Origin: Dehalococcoidales bacterium
GTDB lineage: Bacteria > Chloroflexota > Dehalococcoidia > E44-bin15
Direction of reading: 5' to 3'
Length of the DNA stretch: 64,000 nucleotides
Assembly: GCA_012974295.1 (NCBI GenBank)
Contig: JAAXQM010000016.1
Span: 121 to 64,120, forward strand
Below, one piece after another: positions 29,568 to 39,635 of the stretch (positions within the stretch are counted from its first letter, which is position 1; every line of letters begins with the position of its first letter). Under the pieces are notes generated by a model, which saw only the letters and a program-made list of their open reading frames with translations, was not told the origin of the DNA and did no database searches. A program made the translations under genes and the position numbers.

Positions 29568-31822
29568 ATGACGCTGGTTTATCTAAGTTTAGCCCTTATC
29601 ATCGGCATTTATTTCGGCTCCTATCTCCAACTGCCAATTACTGTCGCTTTGCCCATCATAGCTTCAGCCCTCCTTATCTCTATCCTCTGGCGAAAAAATC
29701 GGCCCGTGCTCCTGGGTGGGATCTGCATAGCCCTCTTCCTCTGCGGCGCACTCAGATACGGTACAGTCTCCACAGGCGACGCACTGCAGTCTTATATTGG
29801 CAAAGGGACTGTGTCGATAACGGGGGTGGTAGTTGATGAGCCTGAGCCTGTAGATTCATCGACCAAGCTCGTCCTCTCGGCGAGGGAGATAAACGGGCAG
29901 GAGATTGCGGGAACCCTCCTGATACGCACCACCAGGTATCCCCTTTACGAATACGGTGACTTGCTTGTAATAACGGGGGAGATGGAGAAGCCACCAGATG
30001 ATCTCAACGGTTTCGACTACGGTGCCTATCTCGTCCACCAGGGCATCTACTCCACAATGTATTACCCCGATATTGAGCGTCAGGGAAGCGGGCAGGGACA
30101 ACAGCCGTTTCAGGCGATCTACTCGTTCAGGCATCAAATGGGGGAGGTGCTGGGAGCCTCGCTGCCAGAGCCTCAAGGCTCGCTGGCTCAGGGCATCCTC
30201 CTCGGGCTGCGACATAATATACCATCATCCTTATTCGAGGATTTTCGAGACTCGGGGACAGCACATCTACTCGCTATATCCGGCCTTCACATGGCGATTG
30301 TCAGTGCTATCCTGCTCAGCATTGCGGTATGGCTCTTCGGCAGAAGGAGGCCGACATATTTCATATTGACCCTTGGCACCCTATGGGGCTATGCCGTCCT
30401 CGCCGGGATGTCACCATCGGTGATGCGAGCTGCCATCATGGTCAGCCTCTTTCTCTTCGGCACCTATCTAGGTCGACAGCGAAATGGTATCACCGCCCTC
30501 GCCTTCGCCGCAGCGATAATGGTGGCAATCGATCCCCAAATCCTTTGGCAGGTAAGCTTTCAAATGAGCTTCGCTGCAGTGCTCGGGCTCATCCTTCTGA
30601 CCCCAACCTTTCAGCAGTGGGGGAGGACGACCAGAGCGCCAACTATCGTGGTCGATAGCTTCGCTTACAGCCTGGGGGCAATCCTCGCCACCCTGCCCCT
30701 TATAGTCTACTACTTTGGATATGTGTCCCTCGTTGGCCTTCCCGCCACTTTCCTCATCTTGCCCGCACTGCCAGCCATTATCGTGTTCTCCGCACTGGTT
30801 GGTTTTACCGGTCTAATATTCCTGCCCTTCGCTCAGGTCATAGGGTGGATCGATTGGCTCTTCCTGGAATATATGATCGTAGTGGTTCAGGGCTTTGCCA
30901 GGATGCCCTGGTCTTCCCTTGAAGTCAGCAGGATGGATGTAATATGGGTCTGGCTGTATTCACAAATCTGGTCCTCATCCCGCTCCTTATCATCGCTATC
31001 CTGACATGGGCTGCTGTAGTGGCCGTCCCCGAAAGCGATAAGCTCAGCGTTAGCTTCCTCGATGTTGGACAAGGAGATTCCATTTTAATTTCCACCCCAT
31101 CTGGTCAATATATCCTCATTGATGGCGGGCCCAGCTCGGAAAAGCTATGTCTTGAGCTAGGCGATACCCTGCCATTTTGGGAGCGGACGATCGATATGGT
31201 TGTGCTCACCCATGCCCACGATGACCATGTCACCGGTTTTGTAGAGGTGCTCCGTCGCTACCGGGTCGAGCAGGTGCTTTATCCAGAAGGTATCGAATAT
31301 ATGTCGAATGCATACTCCGAGTGGTTCAGCGTAATCGAAGAAAAGGGGATCAAGCATGACCGAGCTCAGGCTGGGCAGAGAATCGACCTCGGTGGCGGGG
31401 CAACCCTTGAGGTGCTTAATCCGCCGCTGGATTTTCTTGAAGGTACAGAGTCGGACATCGACAACAACGGGGTGGTGCTACACTTGAAGATGGGGGAGGT
31501 CAGCTTCCTGCTCACCGCTGACCTTTATGGAGATGGAGAGCTTTATCTTGTCTGTGAGAGGGTGGAGCTGAAGAGCACTGTGCTTCAGGTGAGCCATCAT
31601 GGCTCAAGCACATCGACATCTGAAATCTTTCTCGCCGTCGTAGACCCAAAGGTGGCGGTGATCTCGGCGGGCGCGGACAACCGCTTCGGCCACCCTAGCG
31701 ACGATGTCATGGCCAGGCTCACCGAGAAGGTTGGTGAGAATAATACCTACCTCACCTCAGAGCGGGGTACCATCACCTTCACTACCGATGGCGAGAGGTT
31801 GTGGGTGGAAACGGAGCGATAA
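29568..31822 (+). pseudogene. comEC: ComEC/Rec2 DNA uptake channel, split at about 30960 (29568-31004 plus 30944-31822); frameshifted gene or natural split
   Basis: ORF1 has OB and competence domains (GTAHLLAISGLH, SFQMSFAAV); ORF2 in the -1 frame has the MBL domain (FLDVGQGDS, THAHDDH, VSHHGS, NRFGHP). Confidence 0.75.
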
Positions 31823-31979
31823 ATTGATAATCTGGGTGCCAGGTCAGTCCGTAAGTTCAACTTCAATGGATCGCCTGATGGGTGATAATCCAGGCGAATC
31901 AGCTTAGCTTTGCGTTCGACTTTTTGGGAGTCATCGTCCAGATTGACCGGATGATCCATGTAACATGCTAAGCTAGTTT

Positions 31980-32010
31980 CTGGATTGCCCGATCAAGTCG
32001 GGCAATGACA
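31980..32010 (+). repeat. REP-like palindrome
   Basis: CTGGATTGCCCGA-tcaag-TCGGGCAATGACA, with a partial second half-site AGTCGGGCAAT at about 32022. Confidence 0.7.
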
Positions 32011-32131
32011 GGTAAGGTAAGAGTCGGGCAATCTTCTCTTTCGATTCGCAGAGTAAGGAGACAGGGGGCTTGACAGAACGCCCTCCTTGGGTGTATATAG
32101 TAGTCCCACATAATGGTATGAAAGGAGAATC

Positions 32132-32347
32132 ATGGCAGACAGCGTCTACAAGGTCATCACACTGGTGGGTACCAGCCCCGACTCATGGGAGAAGGCCGCT
32201 GCTAACGCGATAACGATGGCAGCAAAGAGCCTTCGGGACCTCCGCATCGCCGAAGTCGTAGAGCTTGACATGCAGATCGAGAACGGCAAGATCACCAACT
32301 ACCGCGCGAAGGTAAAGGTCTCCTTCAAGTACGAGGGTGGCGTCTAA
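32132..32347 (+). CDS. Dodecin family protein
   Basis: VYKVITLVGTSPDSWEKA...YRAKVKVSFKYE; AAGGAG SD. Confidence 0.95.
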   Translation: MADSVYKVITLVGTSPDSWEKAAANAITMAAKSLRDLRIAEVVELDMQIENGKITNYRAKVKVSFKYEGGV

Positions 32348-32443
32348 GCCGGATTCCGGGCGTGAATCCATAGAGCGTGGCGCCCCACTGCGTTGACAGC
32401 TAGGCTCTGAATAATTCGTACTGCCTACTGTCATCCACCTATA

Positions 32444-32482
32444 AGAAAAAGAGAAGAGGGTACAATCCCAGTACCCTCTTCT
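32444..32482 (-). terminator. Intrinsic terminator
   Basis: 12-bp stem AGAAGAGGGTAC/GTACCCTCTTCT with a U-tract on the minus strand. Confidence 0.8.
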
Positions 32483-32504
32483 GTCTTCTACTGTATTTCC
32501 CTGC

Positions 32505-32813
32505 TTAGCCGCTCTGCTCTTGCCTGACTTTTGTATAGCACTCGCTACAGTAAACGGGTCGCTCCTGCCTGGGCTCGAAAGGTACCTGCGTGTCTATACC
32601 ACAACTGGCACAAACAGCCGGATGCATTTCCCTCCGCCCACTATTGCCGTAGCCATCATTGTTGCGCTGTTGCCTTCTAGTCACTCGGCATTGAGCACAA
32701 CGCTTGGGCTCATTGGTGAAGCCCCGGCTCGCGAATAGTGCCTGCTCATCAGCGCTGAAAGTGAAGCTTACGCTACAGTCTGTACACTCTAGGGTTTTGT
32801 CTTCGTAGTCCAC
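32505..32813 (-). CDS. Zinc-ribbon / CxxC-x17-CxxC domain protein
   Basis: GTG start after AAGGAGG; DKTLECTDC..F.FSADEQ..EPKRCAQC; CASC..VPFEP..PVYCSEC. Confidence 0.92.
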   Translation of the reverse strand: MDYEDKTLECTDCSVSFTFSADEQALFASRGFTNEPKRCAQCRVTRRQQRNNDGYGNSGRREMHPAVCASCGIDTQVPFEPRQERPVYCSECYTKVRQEQSG

Positions 32814-32922
32814 GGACAACCTCCTTTCCTTAGGACTTGGTCTCAGCTTGGTCATCCATGGCCGTGGGAATTCACGAGGAACCACACAGGTTGGGAAAAA
32901 CCTACTTTGAACCAGATGGGGT

Positions 32923-32951
32923 AGCATATCATATTTTGAGATGGCTGTCAA
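32923..32951 (-). promoter_or_regulatory. sigma70-type promoter for the CxxC-x17-CxxC gene
   Basis: TTGACA-17nt-TATGCT with TGn extension. Confidence 0.75.
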
Positions 32952-32998
32952 ATCATGTCTGACTGCAACATCATATTCTATCGTTCTTATCGTGATTG

Positions 32999-33490
32999 CT
33001 ATGCGAAGGTTTTCACCTCCACCTCCATCCCCCCTTGCCCAATGGTTATAACTCCCGCCGAGGCCGGGGTTCTGAAGGATGGGTAAGCCTGGCCGGGGTT
33101 CAGAAAAACTACGCCGCCGATATTCCTGTTGCAGACATCGTGGGTGTGTCCAAATATAATAAGATCTACTTGATCAAACTCCCTGGTTATATCCTCCTCG
33201 ATCCCCCATGGCGGGCCACCCCAGGAAGGGTGAATGACTCCAATTCGTCTCCCTTCGACTTCAACAACCGTTTTATCGGGCAGCTCGTCACGAATCTCCT
33301 TCGGATCCATATTACCGTATACGCCGATGAAGCGCTTCGCCCGCTGATGCAGCTCCGCAAGCAGGTGGATGCTGGTAAAGTCTCCGCAGTGAATCACAAG
33401 ATCAGTTCCGGCCAGTTCCGCTAACAATTCTGGGGGTAGCACATCAAGGCTTTGAGCGTGTGTATCGGATATCACCACGATCCTGGTCAT
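32999..33490 (-). CDS. YfcE/MJ0936 family metallophosphoesterase
   Basis: ISDTH, IHCGD, GNMD, FGHTH, NPG. Confidence 0.93.
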   Translation of the reverse strand: MTRIVVISDTHAQSLDVLPPELLAELAGTDLVIHCGDFTSIHLLAELHQRAKRFIGVYGNMDPKEIRDELPDKTVVEVEGRRIGVIHPSWGGPPWGIEEDITREFDQVDLIIFGHTHDVCNRNIGGVVFLNPGQAYPSFRTPASAGVITIGQGGMEVEVKTFA

Positions 33491-33777
33491 TGGTTTGCCA
33501 TCTCCACTATAGTAGCACCACTGCCCCCCTCTTCAATCCTCCCAGGCCTGAAGGATTTGACAAGGGGGCTATTTCCCAGCTCCTCACGCACTACATAACG
33601 CAGCGTCCCTGTTCCCTTGCCATGAATCACCCTTACGCAGGGCAGACCGGCCATAAAGACCTCATTGAGAAAGCGGTCAAGCCTTAACAGGGCCTCATCG
33701 ACAGTGAGGCGGCGAAGGTGGATCTCCGCTGCTATCACCTGAAAAAATTCCTCTGATGTGCGGTCGTTGCTACTCAA
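33487..33777 (-). CDS. Standalone Smr domain protein
   Basis: EIHLRRLTVDEAL, VIHGKGTGTLR, EGGSGATIV; TTG start after AGGAG. Confidence 0.88.
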   Translation of the reverse strand: MSSNDRTSEEFFQVIAAEIHLRRLTVDEALLRLDRFLNEVFMAGLPCVRVIHGKGTGTLRYVVREELGNSPLVKSFRPGRIEEGGSGATIVEMANQ

Positions 33778-33983
33778 ATTGCCCCTTCTCCTATATGTAA
33801 TTATAGCAGCAGTGAAGGCTTCATTGCCAGCAAATCTACCTGATGGTATACTTAATGCTATTCGGGAATAGGGTCTAACTATTACCAGGTGAAGCGTCTC
33901 CAATTTACATCCTGAAAATTAACAAAGTATTCTTCGCTTCTCCGACTATTATGAGGCACTACTAAAATTGTGAGGTAACGTAA

Positions 33984-34706
33984 TTGCTTAGAAAAGATAA
34001 TCGAGCCAACGATGAGCTTCGCCCGGTTAGGATCAGCCCCGGCTTTCAACCCCATGCAGAGGGCTCGACACTCATTGAGCTGGGACAGACCAGGGTGATC
34101 TGCGCCGTGACTGTGGAGGATCGTGTTCCCGCATTCCTCAGGGGTGAGGGAAGAGGTTGGATCACGGCTGAATACGCCATGCTCCCTCGATCCACCAATA
34201 CCAGGACACCGCGGGAGGTGGGCCGGGCCGGGGGTAGATCTCATGAAATTCAGCGCCTCATCGGGCGCTCTCTGCGGGCGGTTATCGATCTTAATGCTAT
34301 AGGTGAGCGAACGTTCGTCGTTGATTGCGATGTACTGCACGCCGATGGCGGTACAAGGACTGCGGCTATTACCGGCTCCTATGTGGCCCTGGTCAATGCC
34401 CTGGACAACCTGGTGGCAATGGGTCTCATCCCCTCCCTTCCCATAAAAAGTGCCGTGGCAGCGACCAGCGTTGGCATTGTCGGAGGAGAGCAACTCCTCG
34501 ATCTCTGTTATGACGAGGACTCCTGGGCTGAAGTTGACTTCAACGTGGTAATGACCAGTGAGGGAATGTTTGTAGAGGTTCAAGGGACAGCAGAAGTAAG
34601 CCCCTTTTCGAAAGAGGATATAGACTCTTTGCTAGCCCTGGCTCAAGGGGGTATTCTGAGACTCTTTGAGGCTCAGAAAGTAGCACTGGATAGCCTGAGA
34701 GGCTAG
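33984..34706 (+). CDS. rph: Ribonuclease PH
   Basis: [42 protein letters not shown]. Confidence 0.98.
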   Translation: MLRKDNRANDELRPVRISPGFQPHAEGSTLIELGQTRVICAVTVEDRVPAFLRGEGRGWITAEYAMLPRSTNTRTPREVGRAGGRSHEIQRLIGRSLRAVIDLNAIGERTFVVDCDVLHADGGTRTAAITGSYVALVNALDNLVAMGLIPSLPIKSAVAATSVGIVGGEQLLDLCYDEDSWAEVDFNVVMTSEGMFVEVQGTAEVSPFSKEDIDSLLALAQGGILRLFEAQKVALDSLRG

Positions 34707-34780
34707 CATAGAGAAACGCAGACCACTATGCTGTACGGGCTTCAATGTAACCCTCCCGAAGAATAAAAGAAGGTGGCAAT

Positions 34781-35971
34781 TTGCCCGATCAAGCGCTGTC
34801 AAGCTTGGTAGTACTAGACCTCTCTGAGAATATCTCCGGACCATACTGTACAAAATTATTCGCCGACTATGGGGCGGAGGTGATCAAGGTAGAAAAGCCT
34901 CCACTGGGTGATCCAAGCCGCTGCGCCGGGCCCTTCCCCAATGACCAGCCTGACATTGAGAAAAGCGGGCTTTTTCTCTTTCTCAATACCGGCAAGAAAA
35001 GTATCACGTTAAACTTGGAGAGTGAGGACGGCTCCCAGATATTCAAGAGGCTGGTGAAGGGGACCGATATCCTTGTAGAGAATTTTCGCCCCGGGGTGAT
35101 GGCCAGCCTGGGACTCGACTATGAGGTATTGGCCAAGATCAACCCCGCCTTGATAATGACCTCCATCTCCTATTTTGGGCAGTGGGGACCATATAGGGAC
35201 TGGGACGGCTCGGATATTGTCGCTCAGGCAATGGGTGGCTTAATGGGATTGACCGGGGAAGCTGGACGAGAGCCGCTTAAGCTCCCCCTCTCTCAGGCGG
35301 AATTTCAAGCCGGGCTCAATGCTGCTGTAGCTACCCTCTCCGCCCTCTACTTTCGGGATGAGACCGGCGACGGGCAGCACATCGATGTATCCCTTCAGGA
35401 GGCGGTGGCCTCTATACTGGAGGCCTCGCTGACTATGTATCATTACAGCGGTTATGTCAGAGGACGAACAGGCTCCCGCCATCACCTTCAGTGCCCATCA
35501 TGGGTAATGCCTGCAAAAGACCGCTTTGTCCATGTACAGGCGGGGGCAAACTGGGACCATTTCTCAGCCTTTGTGGAGGAATCCCGGTTGATGGAGCCCC
35601 GTTTTGCATCTATTCTACGCTATAATTATGCCGATGAGGTGGAGGAATTAATCCAGACCAAACTGGAAAAACGTGATAGTGTGGAGGTTTTCAACTCCGG
35701 ACAGGAATGGCGGATCCCCTTCGCCCTGGTACTTCAGGTCGATGAGCTGATGAGGGACCCGCAACATGAGGCACGGGGTTTCTTTCGGCAGATAGACCAT
35801 CCCATGGCGGGCCGCCTTACATATCCCGGAGCCCCCTTTAAGATGAGCGAGACTCCCCCTGAGATACGGCGAGCACCGCTCCTCGGGGAGCAAAACGAGG
35901 AGGTTTATACAGGCACACTGGGCTTGAGCAAAGAGAACATGATAGACCTCAAAGAGCACGGTATCACTTGA
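34781..35971 (+). CDS. Family III CoA-transferase (CaiB/BaiF)
   Basis: GPYCTKLFADYGAEVIKVE, NTGKKSITL, VENFRPG, APLLGEQN. Confidence 0.94.
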   Translation: MPDQALSSLVVLDLSENISGPYCTKLFADYGAEVIKVEKPPLGDPSRCAGPFPNDQPDIEKSGLFLFLNTGKKSITLNLESEDGSQIFKRLVKGTDILVENFRPGVMASLGLDYEVLAKINPALIMTSISYFGQWGPYRDWDGSDIVAQAMGGLMGLTGEAGREPLKLPLSQAEFQAGLNAAVATLSALYFRDETGDGQHIDVSLQEAVASILEASLTMYHYSGYVRGRTGSRHHLQCPSWVMPAKDRFVHVQAGANWDHFSAFVEESRLMEPRFASILRYNYADEVEELIQTKLEKRDSVEVFNSGQEWRIPFALVLQVDELMRDPQHEARGFFRQIDHPMAGRLTYPGAPFKMSETPPEIRRAPLLGEQNEEVYTGTLGLSKENMIDLKEHGIT

Positions 35972-36006
35972 AGAGACTAGCGTTTATCCGGTTATTGGTT
36001 TAAGTA

Positions 36007-37353
36007 ATGACGAAAAAGCAGGGCTCAAGAAGCGCGGTGTTACCTAAGGGCAAGCAGGCCTTATCTGGTTTACGTGTGATCGATCTCTCCCAGATTCTCG
36101 CCGGCCCCTACGCCACGAAGCTTCTGGCGGATATGGGCGCAGAGATTATCCGGGTAGAGTGCGCCGCCCGCTCGGGGAGAGGAGGAGCGCTTCCAAGGAT
36201 GAAGCCTGGCGGTGCCTTCGGCGCTTCCTTTCCCGAAGGCGATACCGGGGAGAGGTCGTACAACCGTTTCGCCTATTATAACGAGGTCAACAGGAATAAG
36301 TATGCCATCGCCCTTGACCTGGCAAAGCCCCTGGGCGCCGATGTTTTCAGAAAGCTGGTGAGCATCAGCGATGTGGTGATAGAAAACTTCACCCCCAGGG
36401 TAATGAAGAACTTTGGTCTGGACTACCTCGTGCTTCGGGAAGCGAACCCCCAGCTTATTATGGTCTCCCTATCCGGGTATGGCCAGGATGGTCCTTATAG
36501 AAACTATGTCACCTACGGCGAGGGCATCGAAGCTATGGCCGGCCTCTCTATGTTAACCGCCTATGCCTATGGGGAGCCGCTTAAACCAGGTGTGGCCTAT
36601 GCCGATGCCACGAGCGGGCTGCACGCTGCCTTTGCAATTCTGGCAGCACTTCACTGTCGCCGCCTTACCGGTAAGGGGCAGTATATCGATCTCGCCATGC
36701 GGGAGGCAGTCACCCCGATTCTCGGGGAGGCGATTATGGATTATACTATTAATCAAAGGGTGGCTACGCCCACGGGAAACCGCCACTCCACGATGGCTCC
36801 TCATGGTTGCTACCGAGCTCGAGGTGGTGGAACAGGTAAAAAGAACGAAGAGGATGATGCATGGATTGCGATTGCCATCTCCTCCGATGAGGAGTGGAAA
36901 GCCCTTTGCCATGCTATGGGCAATCCACCCTGGACAAGGGAAGATAAATTCGCCAGCCTCTCCGACAGAATGTTAAACCAAGACGAGCTTGATCAGCTAA
37001 TTGGTGAGTGGACAGCTTGTTATGACCATATTGAGCTGATGAATATACTTCAGACATCCGGTGTTAAGGCGGGGGCAGTATTGAACATGGCAGAGCTGGC
37101 TCACGACCGGAATCTCAATGAACGAGGTTTTTTTCAGGATCTTTCCCACCCCGAGTCTGGGACCCATCGTTACCCAGGGGTATCATGGCAGATGAGCCGG
37201 ACTCCGGGGAAGCTTCGTCTGCCTGCCCCCTGCTTCGGTGAACACAATCGCTACGTTTTCAGCGAGCTCTTAGGAATGTCTGATGATGAGATATCACGAC
37301 TTGCGGATGAGGGGGTGAGCGCCAGCGAGCCTCAGCCATATTTGGAGGCATAA
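36007..37353 (+). CDS. Family III CoA-transferase (CaiB/BaiF)
   Basis: LAGPYATKLLADMGAE, NRNK, IENFTP, YADATSG, APCFGEHN. Confidence 0.94.
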   Translation: MTKKQGSRSAVLPKGKQALSGLRVIDLSQILAGPYATKLLADMGAEIIRVECAARSGRGGALPRMKPGGAFGASFPEGDTGERSYNRFAYYNEVNRNKYAIALDLAKPLGADVFRKLVSISDVVIENFTPRVMKNFGLDYLVLREANPQLIMVSLSGYGQDGPYRNYVTYGEGIEAMAGLSMLTAYAYGEPLKPGVAYADATSGLHAAFAILAALHCRRLTGKGQYIDLAMREAVTPILGEAIMDYTINQRVATPTGNRHSTMAPHGCYRARGGGTGKKNEEDDAWIAIAISSDEEWKALCHAMGNPPWTREDKFASLSDRMLNQDELDQLIGEWTACYDHIELMNILQTSGVKAGAVLNMAELAHDRNLNERGFFQDLSHPESGTHRYPGVSWQMSRTPGKLRLPAPCFGEHNRYVFSELLGMSDDEISRLADEGVSASEPQPYLEA

Positions 37354-37357
37354 AATC

Positions 37358-38152
37358 ATGGAAGAGAAGATATTGATGGAGGAGCAAACAGAGTCGATTC
37401 CCTGGACGGTGGGTGATTTGGCCAAGGGAATCGCCTTGGTAATTGTTTGTACAATTCTCGTTGCTATTGGCCTGGGGATTGGCACTACTCTGCTTGTTGG
37501 CTCGGACGCCCTTGAAGAGCTTGCCTCCTCGGGGCTCAGTATTCCGGAATTCCTTTCAGAATTCTGGGACCTCCTTGCCTCCGAGGGCCTGCTTACACCG
37601 TGGCTGGCAATGGTGTTTGTAGGCATGCTATTGGGTGAAGGAGTTTTCGTCCTCGGAGCGTGGCAGTTCAGCGTTTCCAAATACAAACTCGGCTGGAGTG
37701 CTCTGGGTTTTCGCTCCTTCAATATGAGGAAAGGCCTATTACTAGCTGCGGGGATAGTGCTTGCCGGCTTGTTGCTCAGCGTCCTCTATGATTTGCTGAT
37801 GAGCCAATTCGGAGAGGAGTCTTCCTCTCTTATCCTGGATTTCACCGACACAGCTCTAGGCCTCGCAACTATCACTATAGTCGCCGTCGTGCTCGCCCCA
37901 TTTGCTGAGGAGATCTTCTTCCGCGGCTTTCTCTTTGCAGGTATCGGCAACCGCTATGGATATGGCTGGGGAGCTGTTTTTAGTGCCCTGATATTTGCCA
38001 TGGCGCACCTAATGCAGCCCGGAGCTTTCCTGCCCATTTTTCTTCTCGGCTTGCTCCTGGCCTGGCTGTATATGAAAACTGGCTCGATATGGGCCTGTAT
38101 CATCACACATTCCGTCTTTAATTCCCTTGCACTCGTATTTATGCTAATATAA
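37358..38152 (+). CDS. CPBP (Abi/CAAX) family intramembrane protease
   Basis: APFAEEIFFRG, FAMAH, HSVFN. Confidence 0.93.
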   Translation: MEEKILMEEQTESIPWTVGDLAKGIALVIVCTILVAIGLGIGTTLLVGSDALEELASSGLSIPEFLSEFWDLLASEGLLTPWLAMVFVGMLLGEGVFVLGAWQFSVSKYKLGWSALGFRSFNMRKGLLLAAGIVLAGLLLSVLYDLLMSQFGEESSSLILDFTDTALGLATITIVAVVLAPFAEEIFFRGFLFAGIGNRYGYGWGAVFSALIFAMAHLMQPGAFLPIFLLGLLLAWLYMKTGSIWACIITHSVFNSLALVFMLI

Positions 38153-38167
38153 TACTGGTTTGAGGAA

Positions 38168-38554
38168 ATGAAGTGTCGCGGCATTCGTGGGGCAACTACG
38201 GTCGATACCAATACCGGGGACGATATCCTGGCAGCAGCAAAGGAGTTGCTCCAGGAGATGATCCAGGCTAATGGGTTTGAGGAAGAGGATATAGCCTCCA
38301 TCCATTTCACCACTACCCCGGACCTAAACGCCGTGTTCCCCGCAGCGGCAGCCCGGGAGCTGGGACTAACGCAGGTACCTATGCTATGTGGTCATGAAAT
38401 GAACGTACCCGGCAGCCTGCCCATGTGTCTGCGTATCCTCGTTCTCATTAACACGGAAAAGAGTGCGGAAAAGATCATTCATACATATATCAAAGGGGCT
38501 AGAGAATTGAGATCCGGGAGCGGTTACAAAGAAGGGAGCCCAGAGGCAAAATAG
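38168..38554 (+). CDS. aroH: Chorismate mutase, AroH class
   Basis: RGIRGAT, FTTTPDLNAVFPA, EMNVPGSL, YIKGARELR. Confidence 0.95.
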   Translation: MKCRGIRGATTVDTNTGDDILAAAKELLQEMIQANGFEEEDIASIHFTTTPDLNAVFPAAAARELGLTQVPMLCGHEMNVPGSLPMCLRILVLINTEKSAEKIIHTYIKGARELRSGSGYKEGSPEAK

Positions 38555-39571
38555 ATGTTTATCGTTATGCACCAAGGTCATACTGAAAGGGAACTGGCAG
38601 ATATTCTGGAGCAGCTTGCCCACATGGGATTTGCCGGTCATGTATCCCAGGGTGTGGAGCGCACAGTGGTCGGAGTAGTTGGGCAAACCTTCCCGGAGCT
38701 AAAGGAAACGCTGGAGATGTGGCCCGGGGTAGAAGAGGTTGTGCCCATAAGTAAGCCACATAAACTGTCCGGTCGAGAATTTCAGCCCAAGGACACAGTC
38801 ATTAAGGTGGGTGATGTGACCATAGGCGGTGAATCTGTAGTTGTGATAGCCGGCCCGTGCGCAGTTGAGACAGAGGATATGCTTCTGGAGGCTGCACGTG
38901 CAGTGAAAGCGGCAGGAGCTAGCATCCTACGCGGTGGCGCCTTCAAACCATCAACCTCCCCTTATAGCTTTCGCGGTCTTGGTATGGATGGGCTCAAGTT
39001 TCTGGCGCAGGCCAGCAGAGAGACCGGTATGCCCATTATCACCGAGGTGATGAGCCCACAGGATGTAGAGCTAGTGTCACGCTACTCTGACATCCTCCAA
39101 GTGGGGACGCGTAATATGCAGAATTTCGCCCTCCTTGATGAGGTGGGCAAGACCAAGAAGCCAGTTATGCTTAAAAGAGGTCTATCAGCCACCATTCAGG
39201 AGTGGCTGCTCTCAGCGGAATATATCCTCGCACAAGGCAATCGCCAGGTGATGCTGTGCGAGCGAGGCATCAGGACATTCGAAACCTTTACCAGAAATAC
39301 CATGGATATAAGTGCTATCCCCATTATCAAGAAGCTGAGCCACCTGCCCATTATTGCCGACCCCAGCCATGGTACCGGCAAATGGTATCTGGTTACCCCC
39401 ATGTCCATGGCCGCAGTGGCTGCCGGTGCTGATGGGTTGATGATCGAGGTTCACCCCAGCCCAGAGCACGCCCTCAAAGATGGTGCTCAATCGCTCAACT
39501 TCAATAACTTCCAACAACTCATGTCGCGTGTTATTCCCGTAGCAGCGTCGGTGGGACGTAAAATGGCCTGA
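38555..39571 (+). CDS. aroF: DAHP synthase (class I-beta, regulatory N-domain)
   Basis: IAGPCAVE, LRGGAFKP, RNMQNF, LCERGIRTFE, ADPSHGTG. Confidence 0.96.
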   Translation: MFIVMHQGHTERELADILEQLAHMGFAGHVSQGVERTVVGVVGQTFPELKETLEMWPGVEEVVPISKPHKLSGREFQPKDTVIKVGDVTIGGESVVVIAGPCAVETEDMLLEAARAVKAAGASILRGGAFKPSTSPYSFRGLGMDGLKFLAQASRETGMPIITEVMSPQDVELVSRYSDILQVGTRNMQNFALLDEVGKTKKPVMLKRGLSATIQEWLLSAEYILAQGNRQVMLCERGIRTFETFTRNTMDISAIPIIKKLSHLPIIADPSHGTGKWYLVTPMSMAAVAAGADGLMIEVHPSPEHALKDGAQSLNFNNFQQLMSRVIPVAASVGRKMA

Positions 39572-39635
39572 TGATGGGACTCTGAGCTGTAGAAGCATTT
39601 CCGCATATCGATGGTTATAAAATCTGAGGGGGAAT

